From contig OZ024741.1 in NCBI GenBank assembly GCA_964016885.1, forward strand, positions 232,376,001 to 232,440,000: a stretch of 64,000 bases of DNA. The letters run 5' to 3'. Below, piece after piece: positions 52,488 through 64,000 of this stretch. Every line of letters begins with the position of its first letter. Position 1 is the first letter of the stretch. The position numbers were made by a program, and so were the translations under genes. The notes under the pieces are model-generated. The model ran no database searches. It was given only the letters and a program-made list of their open reading frames with translations, and was not told where the DNA came from. The stretch comes from Eledone cirrhosa. Its lineage: Eukaryota.

Positions 52488-53375
52488 ACAAATTCATCAT
52501 GACACCCTTGAAATACCGGGAAGTAGACGGTTTGAATGTATTCCGCAAGATACGCGTGTGTTGCTTCTTTGTGACTCTTCATTTTTTATATATATTTTTT
52601 TTTGTGACACGATGATAGTCTCGAAAACCAAATAAATAATTGTTTAGTCTCTGTTATCGTGTATTTTATACGTTTTCTATGATTTCCCAAAATATCATAA
52701 AAGACAATTGATAAACATTGTAGATAATAAGGACACCAACCTATGGAATTAAATGAGGCCGGCATCATTTTGAGGAAGAACAGGTGTACTGCATATGTTG
52801 GCACTATTTCGTGGGATGAGACTCAATATTGCGTACATAGACACTCACATACTTATGTATATACACATAATCGCGTGTGTAAATTCTATCACATATAAAT
52901 TCTATCACATATAAATTCATGGTTAATCCTTACTGTCTCGTTTGTCTTTAGCAAGAATTGCCCTTTGACACAACCATTTATGTGAATTATAATTATTACT
53001 TAAATTTGGAAATACCCTATCGTTGCAGAGGCATCCGGTATTGCCCGGGAATGAAATTGTCCCTATATATTAGAAGAAAAAAGGGGAAATATGTTGTATA
53101 GAAATTTATTATTCTAAATACAATACATTCTTCAATTGGGATAAATGATGAAATAAATTCTGAATTCATAATTAAAGAAAAAGAAAATACAAAATTTACC
53201 ACTTATATGATGCGAGATAAATTCTATCACATATGAAACCATGGTTAATCCTTGCTACTGTCTCGTTTTTTTTAGCAAGAATTGCCCTTTCACACAACCA
53301 TTTATGTGAATTATAATTATTAGTTAAGTTCTGAAATACCGTTCCTTAATTCAGCTGTGGAGATTTACCATGATA

Positions 53376-53563
53376 ATAATTGTTTCTACTTTTGGCACAA
53401 GGCCAGCAATGACCCAGTGTGTTACTGGTACTTTATTTTACCGATCCCATAAGGATGAAAGGCAAAGTTAACCTCGGCGGGATTTGAACTCAGAATGGCA
53501 AGGGCCGTAACTCTATGCGTCAAAGCATGGAGTCCGACACTCTACCGATACTGCCAATCCACC
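53376..53563 (-). mobile_element. Octopus-type SINE inside Helitron 3
   Basis: Reverse complement of the 9042-9217 family. Confidence 0.85.
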
Positions 53564-53856
53564 AATATTATGAGAAAAATTGATATCATCATTCCCATCA
53601 GCTGCTACTTTCCCATTTCCAAATTGGAGAAGTTGGGTTGAAAACTGTTCTGCAGATTTGTCCCCAAGTAATAAAGCTCCCATGTTAGTTTTGAAGGAGA
53701 ATTTCTGTACTTTATTCCATAGGAGCGAATACTTAATGCTTGCTTTTATTTCATCAGCTCTTGTTATTCTCGGAATGACTAGTAATGTATGTCTGAATTC
53801 TTCTGATAAAACCAATGCAACTCCTCCCATAGATTTATTGTTGCCTCATATGTGGT

Positions 53857-54130
53857 GGAGGCACGTAGCCTAGTGGTAAGGGTGTTAGATTTACGATAAT
53901 AATGTCATGGCTTCGATTCTTTGGTTGCGTGTTGTGTTCTTGACCAAAAGACTTCATTTCACGTTGCTCCAGTATGCTCAGCTGAAATGAATAATAGTAA
54001 TAGCTGGGGTGTTAAGTCTGTGATGGACTGGTGTCCTGTCCAGGGGTGAGTCTTGTACTCTCAGTCGCTTCAGAGCATGAAACCGGGATAAGCACCGGTC
54101 TGATAAGCCTTCTGGCTTATGACATACCTT
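53857..54130 (+). mobile_element. Second tRNA-derived SINE family interrupting the Helitron 3 helicase
   Basis: A-box-like TAGCCTAGTGG and B-box-like GCTTCGATTC; body TGTGTTCTTGACCAAAAGACTT ... GATGGACTGGTGTCCTGTCCAGGGG; tail CTTAGACTTAGA. Confidence 0.7.
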
Positions 54131-57100
54131 AGACTTAGATTTATGTCCTGTAAGGACTTAACAAGAGCTTCCATTGCAACTCTATGTAACACGGGTTATT
54201 CATCCCAAACGACCAGGTGACATTGGCGCAACACTCCTGCCGAACCTGAACCTTTGCTTATGTTATAAATTGGACTGTCATTTGAGAATAGGTTTAGTGG
54301 TAATTTAAAAGCAGAATGTACTGCTTGTCCTCCTGGGAGAAGGGTGGCAGCAATGCCAGATGTTGCTACTGCAACTGATATTCTTTTTGTTGCCTTACCT
54401 TGAAGAGAAGAAATGTTGTTACAAATATTTCACCCGTGCCACCTGGAGCATCTAGAAAGAGAATACCCCCGCTTTTTTCTCTGACTGATGAAATAGTTTT
54501 GTTATATTAAAAGCGTTGTTCTGGAAGAAGTTTAGGTTCATGTTCATTTACAAATACAGCCAAATCTGTGATGTCATAATTTGTTTCTCTTGCCATGTCT
54601 CTTGAATTTAAACGGTTTGAAGTTTGACGGTTTGCTTTTAGCAGTCTGGAGACAGACTCCTGCAATGGTTTGCCTCCCATGGTCAAAACGTGATCATCAA
54701 TCTCAATCTGTGCTTGGTAGCAATGTTTTTCAGAGAACTGTATATTGATACCCGGATTTACATTTTGAACTGCATACATTAATCCTCAGCAATGTCCACA
54801 TGATGTTTCATTCAAAGCTATAGAGGACTGCCAAGTTGACACATATTCAGTATAATTGCAAAAAAATTCAATATAATTGCAAAAGACTTGCTACAGCCAA
54901 TGCAAGTTTCCAATGCTCATTATTCTCTAAATAATATTTTTGATAGCATGCTTCCATATATGTTTCCCACGTATGTCCATTTACCATCCCAAAATCTTGG
55001 AATGATTTGGGACCACGTTCTTCATTCTAAAGGAGCTTTAAGTAGTAGCATCTACTTGACTTGGTTGGACACTCTAAACTCTTGCAAGATCGTCAGCCCC
55101 ATATTTCCTCTTCTGCCATTTATTGTTTCTCTGGGTGTTCTACTTGGGTAATTCTAGGTGAAGGAGTTTTCTTGCCTCTTCATCGCCTTGACACGACTTA
55201 AGAAAGAGAAATTGCTTGTTGCAAGGCTATTTGTTTTGTAAAGATAACCCATTGGCCATTCTCTAGATGGACACTCAGATGAATGACGGCTGCGTGCATC
55301 CCATGAATGGGAAAATAGAAGATTCTACAAAAAGCCTTGTTGCTACTGATGTATCTTCCTCTCTCATACTGTGCAACTTCGTCATTTTCATTTATCTAAT
55401 GACTGCCATTCTGCTGAAGTATCTAAACTTCTGTTTATATATTTGCAAACATACTTCATAGACTTAACAAAGTTGCAGAATTCAACATTGATATGAGCTT
55501 TGAAAGCTTTTGTAAGAAGAGGACAGTGGAGTAGAACACACCGATTGTTTCGATGAATTCTTGCCCATTTATCTTTTTTCTTTTCGAAGTAAATCCACCA
55601 TGCCCTGGTTTTCTTATCCTGTAAAAGGGATAGCCACCTTCTCCAGTTTGAGTTTCTTGTACAGAGGAACGTGATTAGTTCTTGGTACACTTATTATCCA
55701 TCATGCATGGGGAAGATGGATTAATTGAACCGTAGTGCCCATGAATCATATTTGACTTTAGAATTTCATGCAGCAAAGGATCTTGCTGTGGATCAGGAAG
55801 TTCAGCTGATATATCCAAAGTTTTTCATGTAACCAAATCAAAATCTGGGCATGTTTTTGCCACTCAATTGTGTACATGTCACATTTGACTGCTCCAAAGA
55901 CTTCACCTCTTTTTAGGCGACCCATCAGCTTTATAACTTAAAGTCAAAACAAACTAGCTATAATATCATGACGATCTTAAAGGTCTGGATGATGATAAAA
56001 CTTACACTTCATTTCATGCCATGTTGGGTTATACGTGAATGTAATGAAGAGGTATGGCCGACTATAGTGTCTGACATATGTAAGTGTATCTTGGATACGC
56101 TCATACATTACCATGTAAAATGTATCTTGGATACGCTCATACATTACCATGTAAAGCTTGATGGAAGAATGGCACAAATCTGTCCAATGATATCAGCAGC
56201 TAATGCTCCTTCATTATTGAATACATCTTTCAGGTGAATGTAATCTGACGCTCGGAGAACTTTCTGATGTGTTCGAATGTAAAGAAGTCTGTCTCCTTCA
56301 ATGTTTGCATACATATCAACTGCAAATTGCTGGAAGAGCTCACGTGAACGATGAAGAATATTGAAGTTTTGCTCTTTTAATATGAAAATGTAAGCATAGA
56401 ATTCCATGCAGCTTACTGTGTTTTTCTGTGTAGGTACGCTCGTTTTAAGGTCTTTTTGTTATACCAAAGTGATATACATGTTGGCCAAATATACATATGA
56501 ATGGATACTGGAGTGCATCATATGATCAGTGGGTTGCATTTATCTGCTGTATCTTATTTCTTCTTCCTTGAATAATAATATCTCTCTTCTCCTACTCATC
56601 GCCTCTAATAATTGCTGCTATTTCATTTGCGGCTGGGGCATTGTAGCTGCATCTGTGTCAAAGCAACAGGATTTTTGTCTGTATCAAAAACTCTCTTGTA
56701 TTCAGTGGCTGGTGCATATTCTAATGCATACCTGAGGCTTCTGATATCTGCATGCAACATATCTTGGATATCAAAGATTAATTCTTCATTCAATGTAGGA
56801 AGATTAACTGACCGTTGCAAAGCCTGCTCCTTGTAATTTGCCACAAAATATATCTGTAAAAACAGAGAATGTTTGACTTCATTTCGCAACAGATACAATA
56901 CGATGGTATACCTGACCTTGAACCATAACAGTTGGCTCATGTTCCCTTCTCTTATAGTATTGCTACCAAAATAGGTCATTTGAGAAGCGGAATAATTCTT
57001 AATGTTTTTCAAGAAGTGCATGCTCCTTTGTGTGTTTCCCAAAAGTAATGACCTCTACCAAAAAACACAGTGGTGGTTTCTTTTCCCCATATCTTTCCTT

Positions 57101-58006
57101 TATAAAAACTGCACGCTTTTGACATTGTGCCAATATCAATCAATTTCTCTGTAGAAAAATCATGTTTTGGATCATTGGCAACTCCGGCAGTTTCCCTTTG
57201 TCTTGCATCATTTAAACGTATTTCTCTTTCTTTTTTTACTCTTCGCTCCTGCGTGTTGCATTTTGTTGACGTAATTGTTATAACCGTTTTCCCATTGGCT
57301 CTTGTGACTCATTCGTCTCGCCTGCAGCTGTTCTCCTCCGGGCGATTTCATGTCTTTGCTGTTGCTAGTGACCTTGCTCTGGCTAACTCTACTCGTCTTT
57401 GCTTCACTATAGAATACTAATCATCTACATCTACCCCCGTCTCCTCCTGTAGAGAGTCAGAACATTTTTCACAGGAACCTTTTTGATAATTAAAATGGGG
57501 ATTAAATGAAATAGGTGAAAGTTACGTGAATACCTTCACAAGAGTGATTGAATTATATGGCGATTGTGGAACCCCGCACACACACACACGCGCGCGCGCA
57601 CATATAGAGGCACGCGTGCACGTACACACACAGGCACTCACTCACACAATTTAATAGTTTTCACTTTCTGTGGAACAACGCACAAACGCACACAAACACC
57701 CACACCCACACACTCAAGCACGCAAGCAAGCGTGCTCGTATACACACACACGCACACATGTTAACAAGTATTGCTTTCCTTCCCCTCGTATTTCCACACA
57801 CATGTATCTACACTGATATTCATACAGTATCAAACATACAGCGTATCCCTCTCTCTCCCGTTATCCCCATCTTTTTCAGCATCTCCTATAGAAAATTGTT
57901 CTCTATCGGTGTGTCTTCTCTCCGTCTTTTTCTTATTCTGTTTCTTTCCCTCACACATATTCTCTCTCACGCTCTGTACCACTTCCTCTTATTTAGTCAA
58001 TGTCTG

Positions 58007-58110
<104 letters not shown>

Positions 58111-58387
58111 CTCTTTCTTACTCACCCTCACACTATTTACATATCTCCCTATAACGAAAGACGTTGTCACGCATGGGGAGTTGGAGGAGAAATAAAGAGT
58201 TACTTGCTCATATTGTCACTCTGTTTCTTTCTATCGCCTCTCGATCCTTCATTGACATTATGTGCAAACATACAATTACATACATCTGCTAATATATAAA
58301 TATATAGATAGATATAGATAAGGAGGCGGTTGCACTTGAGAGGAGCTGATGGAATGAGTTTGAGTACTCTTCACCACCGACTCTCTC

Positions 58388-58650
58388 AAGAAGAAGGAAA
58401 AGAAAAAGAAAAAGAAAAAGGAAAAAGGGAAAAAGGGAAAAGGGGAAAATATAAAAAAATAAAAAAGAAAGAAAAAAAGAAAAAAGAAAAAAGAAAAAAG
58501 GAAAAAGAAAAAAAGAAAAAAGAAAAAAGAAAAAAGAAGAAAAAAAGGAAAAAGGAAAAAGGAAAAAGGAAAAAGGAAAAAGGAAAAAAGGGAATGAAAA
58601 ATGAAAAATGAAAATGAAAATGAAAATGAAAATGAAAAAGAAAAAGAAGC
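58388..58650. repeat. Polypurine G(A)n / GGAAAAA / TGAAAA simple repeat
   Basis: About 260 nt almost free of pyrimidines. Confidence 0.95.
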
Positions 58651-58689
58651 TTACGTTGATGAAGAAAAAAAAGGAGATCCCTGAAGATG

Positions 58690-60050
58690 GAGGAGACGTT
58701 TCATGATCACTCATGGAAAAAAACACATAAAATCACCGGAGTCCTGATCTCTCTGGTAAATGCCCTGCCCCATTTGATTTCCTCCCGAAAAGAGCGGATA
58801 GTTGATTTCCAGTCTTCAAAAGAGTGGGTGTTGACAGTAGATGGACAGAAGGATCATAGGAACGCATCCCTTCCACAATAGGCCTAAGAGTAAACAATCC
58901 AGGGCTGTCACACGGGGTATAGGACAAGGCGCAGACGGTCAGGCCTTTATAGAAAGCAGACTCGATGTACACGTTCACCACCTCTGTCCTACCTTTGAGG
59001 GACAACTTTGACTCAGCTTATTTCTGGGTGTGAATTACATTCTGTTTCGTCAACACAACCCATCTTTTCTCCATGTTGCGATTCTGACCTATTTAGACCT
59101 CAAGCAATTCAACAGATTCAACTGTTCAGAGTACGAGGAGCAATGCTATTCACCCCGATGTGTGTAATCCTCGACACTACAACGATGACGTCGTCGGACT
59201 AAGCTGACACAGATGTCCCATGCACTCATGCTTGCGGGATAACCTTCAACATCCCTTTGAGAAGTTGTAGGTTTAGTGTCAATACACACTGCTGGGACGA
59301 GAGGTCAAGCTTTGTGGACCGTGCGTATAGAGTTGAACGATTCTGAAATGCGACCGTTCACTCTAATCACAGAGCAGATCTTGCTGTGCAAAACAGCGAT
59401 CAACCATCTGAAAACGGACCCAAAGCCTGCTGCCTTCAGAACTGCCGCCAATTACTTATGGCGAACCCTATCGACTCCTTTCGATTCATACAAGTTGATC
59501 GCTGCCCCCATCCCCCGTTGTGCTTGCTTCCTAAGCCAGCCTCTTTATAATGCATGCGAAAAGGGAGGGGGTCGTCAGGGAGAGATCTCTTGGAAATGGA
59601 ACATGCCTGCGCCTTCCCTGCCAAATCATCGACAAGAGCCAAACTCTTCGGTAACACTTCGGACAAAGTTTTGTACTCTACATTTAGTAAAATTACGTGC
59701 CTAAAATTATCGATAACATCCCCTTTCTACGAATCCTTTCTCAGCAGTGCAATCACTCCTCGGCTGACAGAAATGGGAAATTCTCCTGTTCTGCTTCTGC
59801 TGCCAGTTGCACAACAATCAGGCAAAGCCGTACATGGTGCATCAGGGATCGGATTTAGGCTTTTTCTCCAAGCTGCTCCTCTGCCATTCAAGCTTATTGT
59901 ACGGCTTTTGTACCTAGGTGTCTAAGAGCACTTGCCTTAGCTCCGACCAAACAGCCTTCGTGCTTAGCATTGAAGACTGTCCAGGGCCAATCTCGCCGCC
60001 AGAAAGTCGCTTGCGAGGCTTTCGCTAATAATCTCTTCTACTATATGTTT
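58690..60050 (-). mobile_element. Degraded L1/Tx1-like LINE RT
   Basis: Minus-strand remnants VSA*SDDVIVVV (~59170-59215, YADD-like), VIRVNGRISESF (~59335-59370) and AAINL..SK..DRV (~59465-59505). Boundaries approximate. Confidence 0.65.
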
Positions 60051-61733
60051 AACTAGTACTCTCGCCTATGTAATTTTATCTAATATTGCGAGATCCTGGC
60101 CTTTCCGGATCAACACAACAAATCTGCATCGATATTCCGGATGGCTCGGAGTTGAGTACCATGTTTAGCCGCCGGAGATGAATGCGACAGTACGTGCGCA
60201 AGACTCTCTGGTCAGACAAATGGCGTCAACATCTATGTCAAATTACCTGAGTCCGAAGAACAGGTGGCTTTGCTTCCAAGACGACTCGAGTACATGTGCA
60301 TTTAGACTGCCTAACTTGAGTTAGGCCATGATCGTCTAGGAGGAGGAGGAAGTGGGAAATACCTGTTACCTGAGATTTGTTCAATACGGACTGTTGTTCC
60401 TTCCTTCCCGTTGCTTGTGGTCTGTTGTTTCGAATTGTTTGTATAGATTATTTTAGATAGCGACACTCGGACAAATCCAAAAGAAACGGGGAAAGTTATT
60501 TTTAGGTGTGTGTATGTGTTTTGTGGCAAACCATGTACTCTAGTGTAATTTGACGTCTTGCAGTACTGTTTGTACGTAAGGGTTACATCATGACGTCTCA
60601 TTGATAACAGGTTTAAGCAGGTAAGAGCCCTCTCCCTACGTTGTATCCATCCATCTTATAGGTGGCTATCAAATGATCGGAATAAACGTTTAAACAGAAG
60701 TTACATAGTTATATTTATCGTATTTCTTTGAAAACGGCGTGGAGCTGTTTTGCAATTATTACAAAGCGACCTGCATCAGTTTGACATGATCAGATGTTAA
60801 CACAATTATCTGGATAGGTCGATCTGTTGTTTGCTAATGTGACCATGTTTGCGAAGTCCGGAAAACACAGGTCGCTGCCGTCACGATTGTTTAACAGCAC
60901 CAAGCTTGTGTAACAGTAGTGTGTATAATAATTATGATTATGTAACATGTATAAATGGACTGAAGGCCTGTAGATTATATAATGACGTGAAATTTTGGAT
61001 ATTGAATAAACACCACAACAAATCACACAATACGCGTTCTAAGTTCTCGAAATTTCCTCATGTTTCTAAGCGCCTCCCAAATAATCGATTCATATATTTC
61101 TTAGAATATCGATTTATTTCTAGCCCCCTAGTTATTTTGGTATTTGTTTGTTCTTTCAGGTCAGATACTCTCCCCTAAATTTATCCGGATTATCTGTCCA
61201 TTATTTGACTCTCCGCCCTTTACTTCTGTTCATTTTTATAGACAGAATGAGAAAAAGGAATCTCCGCACTTTGTCTCAACTTGCTCAGTTTTCTCAAGGA
61301 GTTTTCCGAATTTGGATGCAATAGTTTCTGCATAACTGGCCATTTCTTCATTATGAACCAACTCTTCCCAATTTATCCTGTACTTCACCTTGGACCTGAC
61401 AGTTTTGTGGGCATCTTTGGCTTTAGGCTGTCTCGAGTTGCAGATAAATAGACGGAGATCAGGCGAGAGTCAAGCCCCTCTTATAACACGGAAAACTTTT
61501 CTATACAATCCCTCGTGACTGCTACCATGTATCAGTAAGTATGTATATGTAAAAATGCATACACATTATTGTACAATTCCTCACGTTCCAAGAACAATCC
61601 TTCACACATACGAACACACCTACACTAACACAAACCAAAGAGAAATTGTGTTTAAATTTATATTTATGGCAATTTTATAACAACATAACCCACCCCAAAT
61701 ATATATATATATATATATTTATGCATATATATA

Positions 61734-61819
<86 letters not shown>

Positions 61820-61847
61820 TGTGTGTGTGTGTGAGTGTGTGTGTGTG

Positions 61848-62146
61848 TGTATTAGTAAAATTAATCTAGTGAAATGTTGAGTATTACAATTAAAATGATT
61901 TAATAAGGATTAAAAACATAAAATTAAAGATTTAAAATTAATAGTTGTTTCACCGTCCTTGCTGCTACTTTATGATTACACCTCTCTCTATATACACTAG
62001 AGTTCATTTTCCAGTCTCTTTCTCAACAAGAAAGATGAAAAAAACTACCTCTTAATTTTAAATCTTTAACTTTTTAGTTTTAAATTCATATTAATTCATT
62101 TTAATTGTAATACTCAACATTTGACTAGATGAATTTTACTAATACA
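61848..62146. repeat. ~95-bp inverted repeats around a ~110-bp spacer
   Basis: TGTATTAGTAAAATTAATCTAGTGAAATGTTGAGTATTACAATTAAAATGA... is mirrored by ...TCATTTTAATTGTAATACTCAACATTTGACTAGATGAATTTTACTAATACA. Confidence 0.85.
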
Positions 62147-62354
62147 TCGAAACCGGCAATACATTATATACATTATAAAACTCATTTTTTTAATAATATC
62201 CCTTTGACGAATCAAAGAAAGGAAAAAAGAAAGAAAGACAGACCCTAAAATATATTTTCCGTTCTATTGCCAACTTCACCCTTTCTCCATAATCACTATT
62301 TTGTATAGAACCATACTTGCTTTTTCATATATATATATATATATATAAAGAATT

Positions 62355-62830
62355 AATATCTAGTAACATATATATACATACAGATGCATATCAATGCTAG
62401 CAAATATATAGGTTTTGTCTTAGTAACTTTGTGGTTCAATGCATGGGGTTGCAGAACAATAATATGAGAGACGTAAAATAAGAAAATTATAAAATTAACT
62501 TACTTACTAAAATATCACTTCCAACTAATTAGTTTCTGAAATGGAATAAATATACTTTCCGAAGAAAACATGGAGAATCATTTCGTCGTCAGGGAAGACT
62601 ATTCTCATCTAAGTATCCAGGCAAAGCGTGGACTCTGGAAACTTATTCAAAAATAATTCAGTGGATAGAAAATAGCAAAGCGTGGACTGAATTCCTAGCC
62701 ATTGAGAAAATCACTGCCTCTGCGTCGGTGGCAAATTCAAAAAGAATCAATCACGTGACATCGAGGTCAATCAGTGGAAAGTGGTTTGCTAATAAGACAG
62801 CGGCCTGCCTGCTACCATAGCAGCAGTCTT
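62355..62830 (+). repeat. Second copy of the 19090-19575 segment
   Basis: Colinear diverged direct repeat. Confidence 0.85.
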
Positions 62831-62879
62831 GGCCAATATTGCTCGACAAATAATTTGGAGATAATTATAAAGAATTAAT

Positions 62880-63640
62880 ATCAATAAGGATCAACAATTA
62901 GAGACGTACAATATAGAGGAACAGAGAGAATTCCTGAAAGTTAACCTGCTGAAGGCGGCAGATGTAATATGTGGCTGGAGCAGAACTTTAGGCCTGACGA
63001 GCGTAACATGATGGTGGAACAGTAAGCTGGATGAGACAATCAAGTCGAATAGGCAGGCTTGGAAAGAATGGAGGGTTGGGGTAAGCTAAGTATCAAGTGC
63101 CTAGGAGAGAAGCTAGACAACAAGCGTACTTTGCAGGAGAGGAAGCAAAAAATACAAATTTCAAGCATATTCTACAACGCGAGGATCAAAAACGTGGCAA
63201 GAAAATATGTCAAGGTAAATTGTGATATTGTCAGGAAGAATTGTTTCCGTAATGATGATGGTGTAGTAGCCATCACTGATACCGATAAAAAAGGTAACTT
63301 GGAAGTGTCACTACGGGAAACTAGTAAATGAGGAGAATGAAAGGGATAAAGATAGTCTGCCCCAAGTTGATCGAACAGAGGGACCAACTATGCAAGTTAG
63401 TGATAGTATAGTAAATAAGGCATTCAAAGATATGAAGACAGGCAAGGAAGTTGGGCTATCGCATATAGTTGCTGAGATGTTGAAAGCATCTGGAACGGTG
63501 GGGCATACATTGGTCACCCGCATTGTAAACCAAGTAATACAGAATGAGTTCATACCAAATAACTGGCGTAGCTACATCGTCGTTAATTGCTCCGAGGGCA
63601 AAGGAGATGCTTTAGATGGAGAAAACTATAGAGATGTAGT
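62880..63640 (+). mobile_element. Degraded RTE-like LINE fragment (pre-RT region and RT start)
   Basis: WWNSKLDETIK..RQAWK, and VNKAFKDMKTGK..IVAEMLK..IPNNWRSYIVVNCSEGKGDALDGENYR (63390-63640). Confidence 0.8.
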
Positions 63641-64000
63641 GACCTACATTCCAAGGGCTCATGGATACACTCTCCGTACGTTGTTTGGCTCAATTCAGCC
63701 AATCGCTACCAACGTGGGAGAATGTATCTCGACTTCCGCCCAGAGGGAAAAATTCCCGCGGCGAGTCAAAAATCTCTCTCTTGCTGCTTTGGACACTGAA
63801 ATATCAACACGCAATTATGTAATGGTGAGATTTTGACTTTGGCCTGTCGGCCTTCTTTGGCCCGGAACAGCGCTTTTTCTTTACTTCTTAAAACTCTTTA
63901 TTTTGTTTGTTCTTTTCTTTGACTTGTCAACCCAGCTTAACTTTTCTGGTCGGTTGTAAATAAAGCTTGTAAATATTATAAAGTCTCATGATCTTTTCTA

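Noticed and set aside
52724-52783. Further cytoplasmic exon (tag|ATAATAAGG...AACAG|gt)
   Set aside because: All three frames contain stops between the candidate splice sites.
53857-53935. tRNA gene
   Set aside because: Only degenerate A/B boxes, no complete cloverleaf, and it continues into a SINE body.
58289-58726. Poly-Lys/Glu ORF (+) and poly-Phe ORF (-)
   Set aside because: Artefacts of a polypurine simple repeat.
60050-61520. Short ORFs 60311-61335 as genes
   Set aside because: No recognisable motifs; probably the decayed upstream part of the adjacent LINE.

Overview
AT-rich, microsatellite-laden eukaryotic DNA, very probably from an octopod cephalopod: four copies of a SINE match, from memory, the abundant Octopus SINE. 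Most of the window is transposon debris: three degraded Helitrons plus non-autonomous Helitron ends, three Penelope-like elements, L1/Tx1-like and RTE-like LINE fragments, SINEs, a 35-bp satellite and several fold-back palindromes. Hidden in it, and almost invisible in the ORF track, is a + strand host gene. Nine tandemly amplified 144/147-bp phase-1/phase-1 exons (19827-36460) each encode one 8-Cys laminin/EGF-like repeat. They are followed by a phase-compatible transmembrane exon (42687-42777) and a short basic cytoplasmic-tail exon (52454-52487). Two of the nine exons contain stops, so an intact receptor would need exon skipping or recoding. This points to a cassette-diversified, short-tailed multi-EGF receptor. 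No signal-peptide exon was found in the window. All splicing statements are inferred from sequence alone and need RNA evidence.
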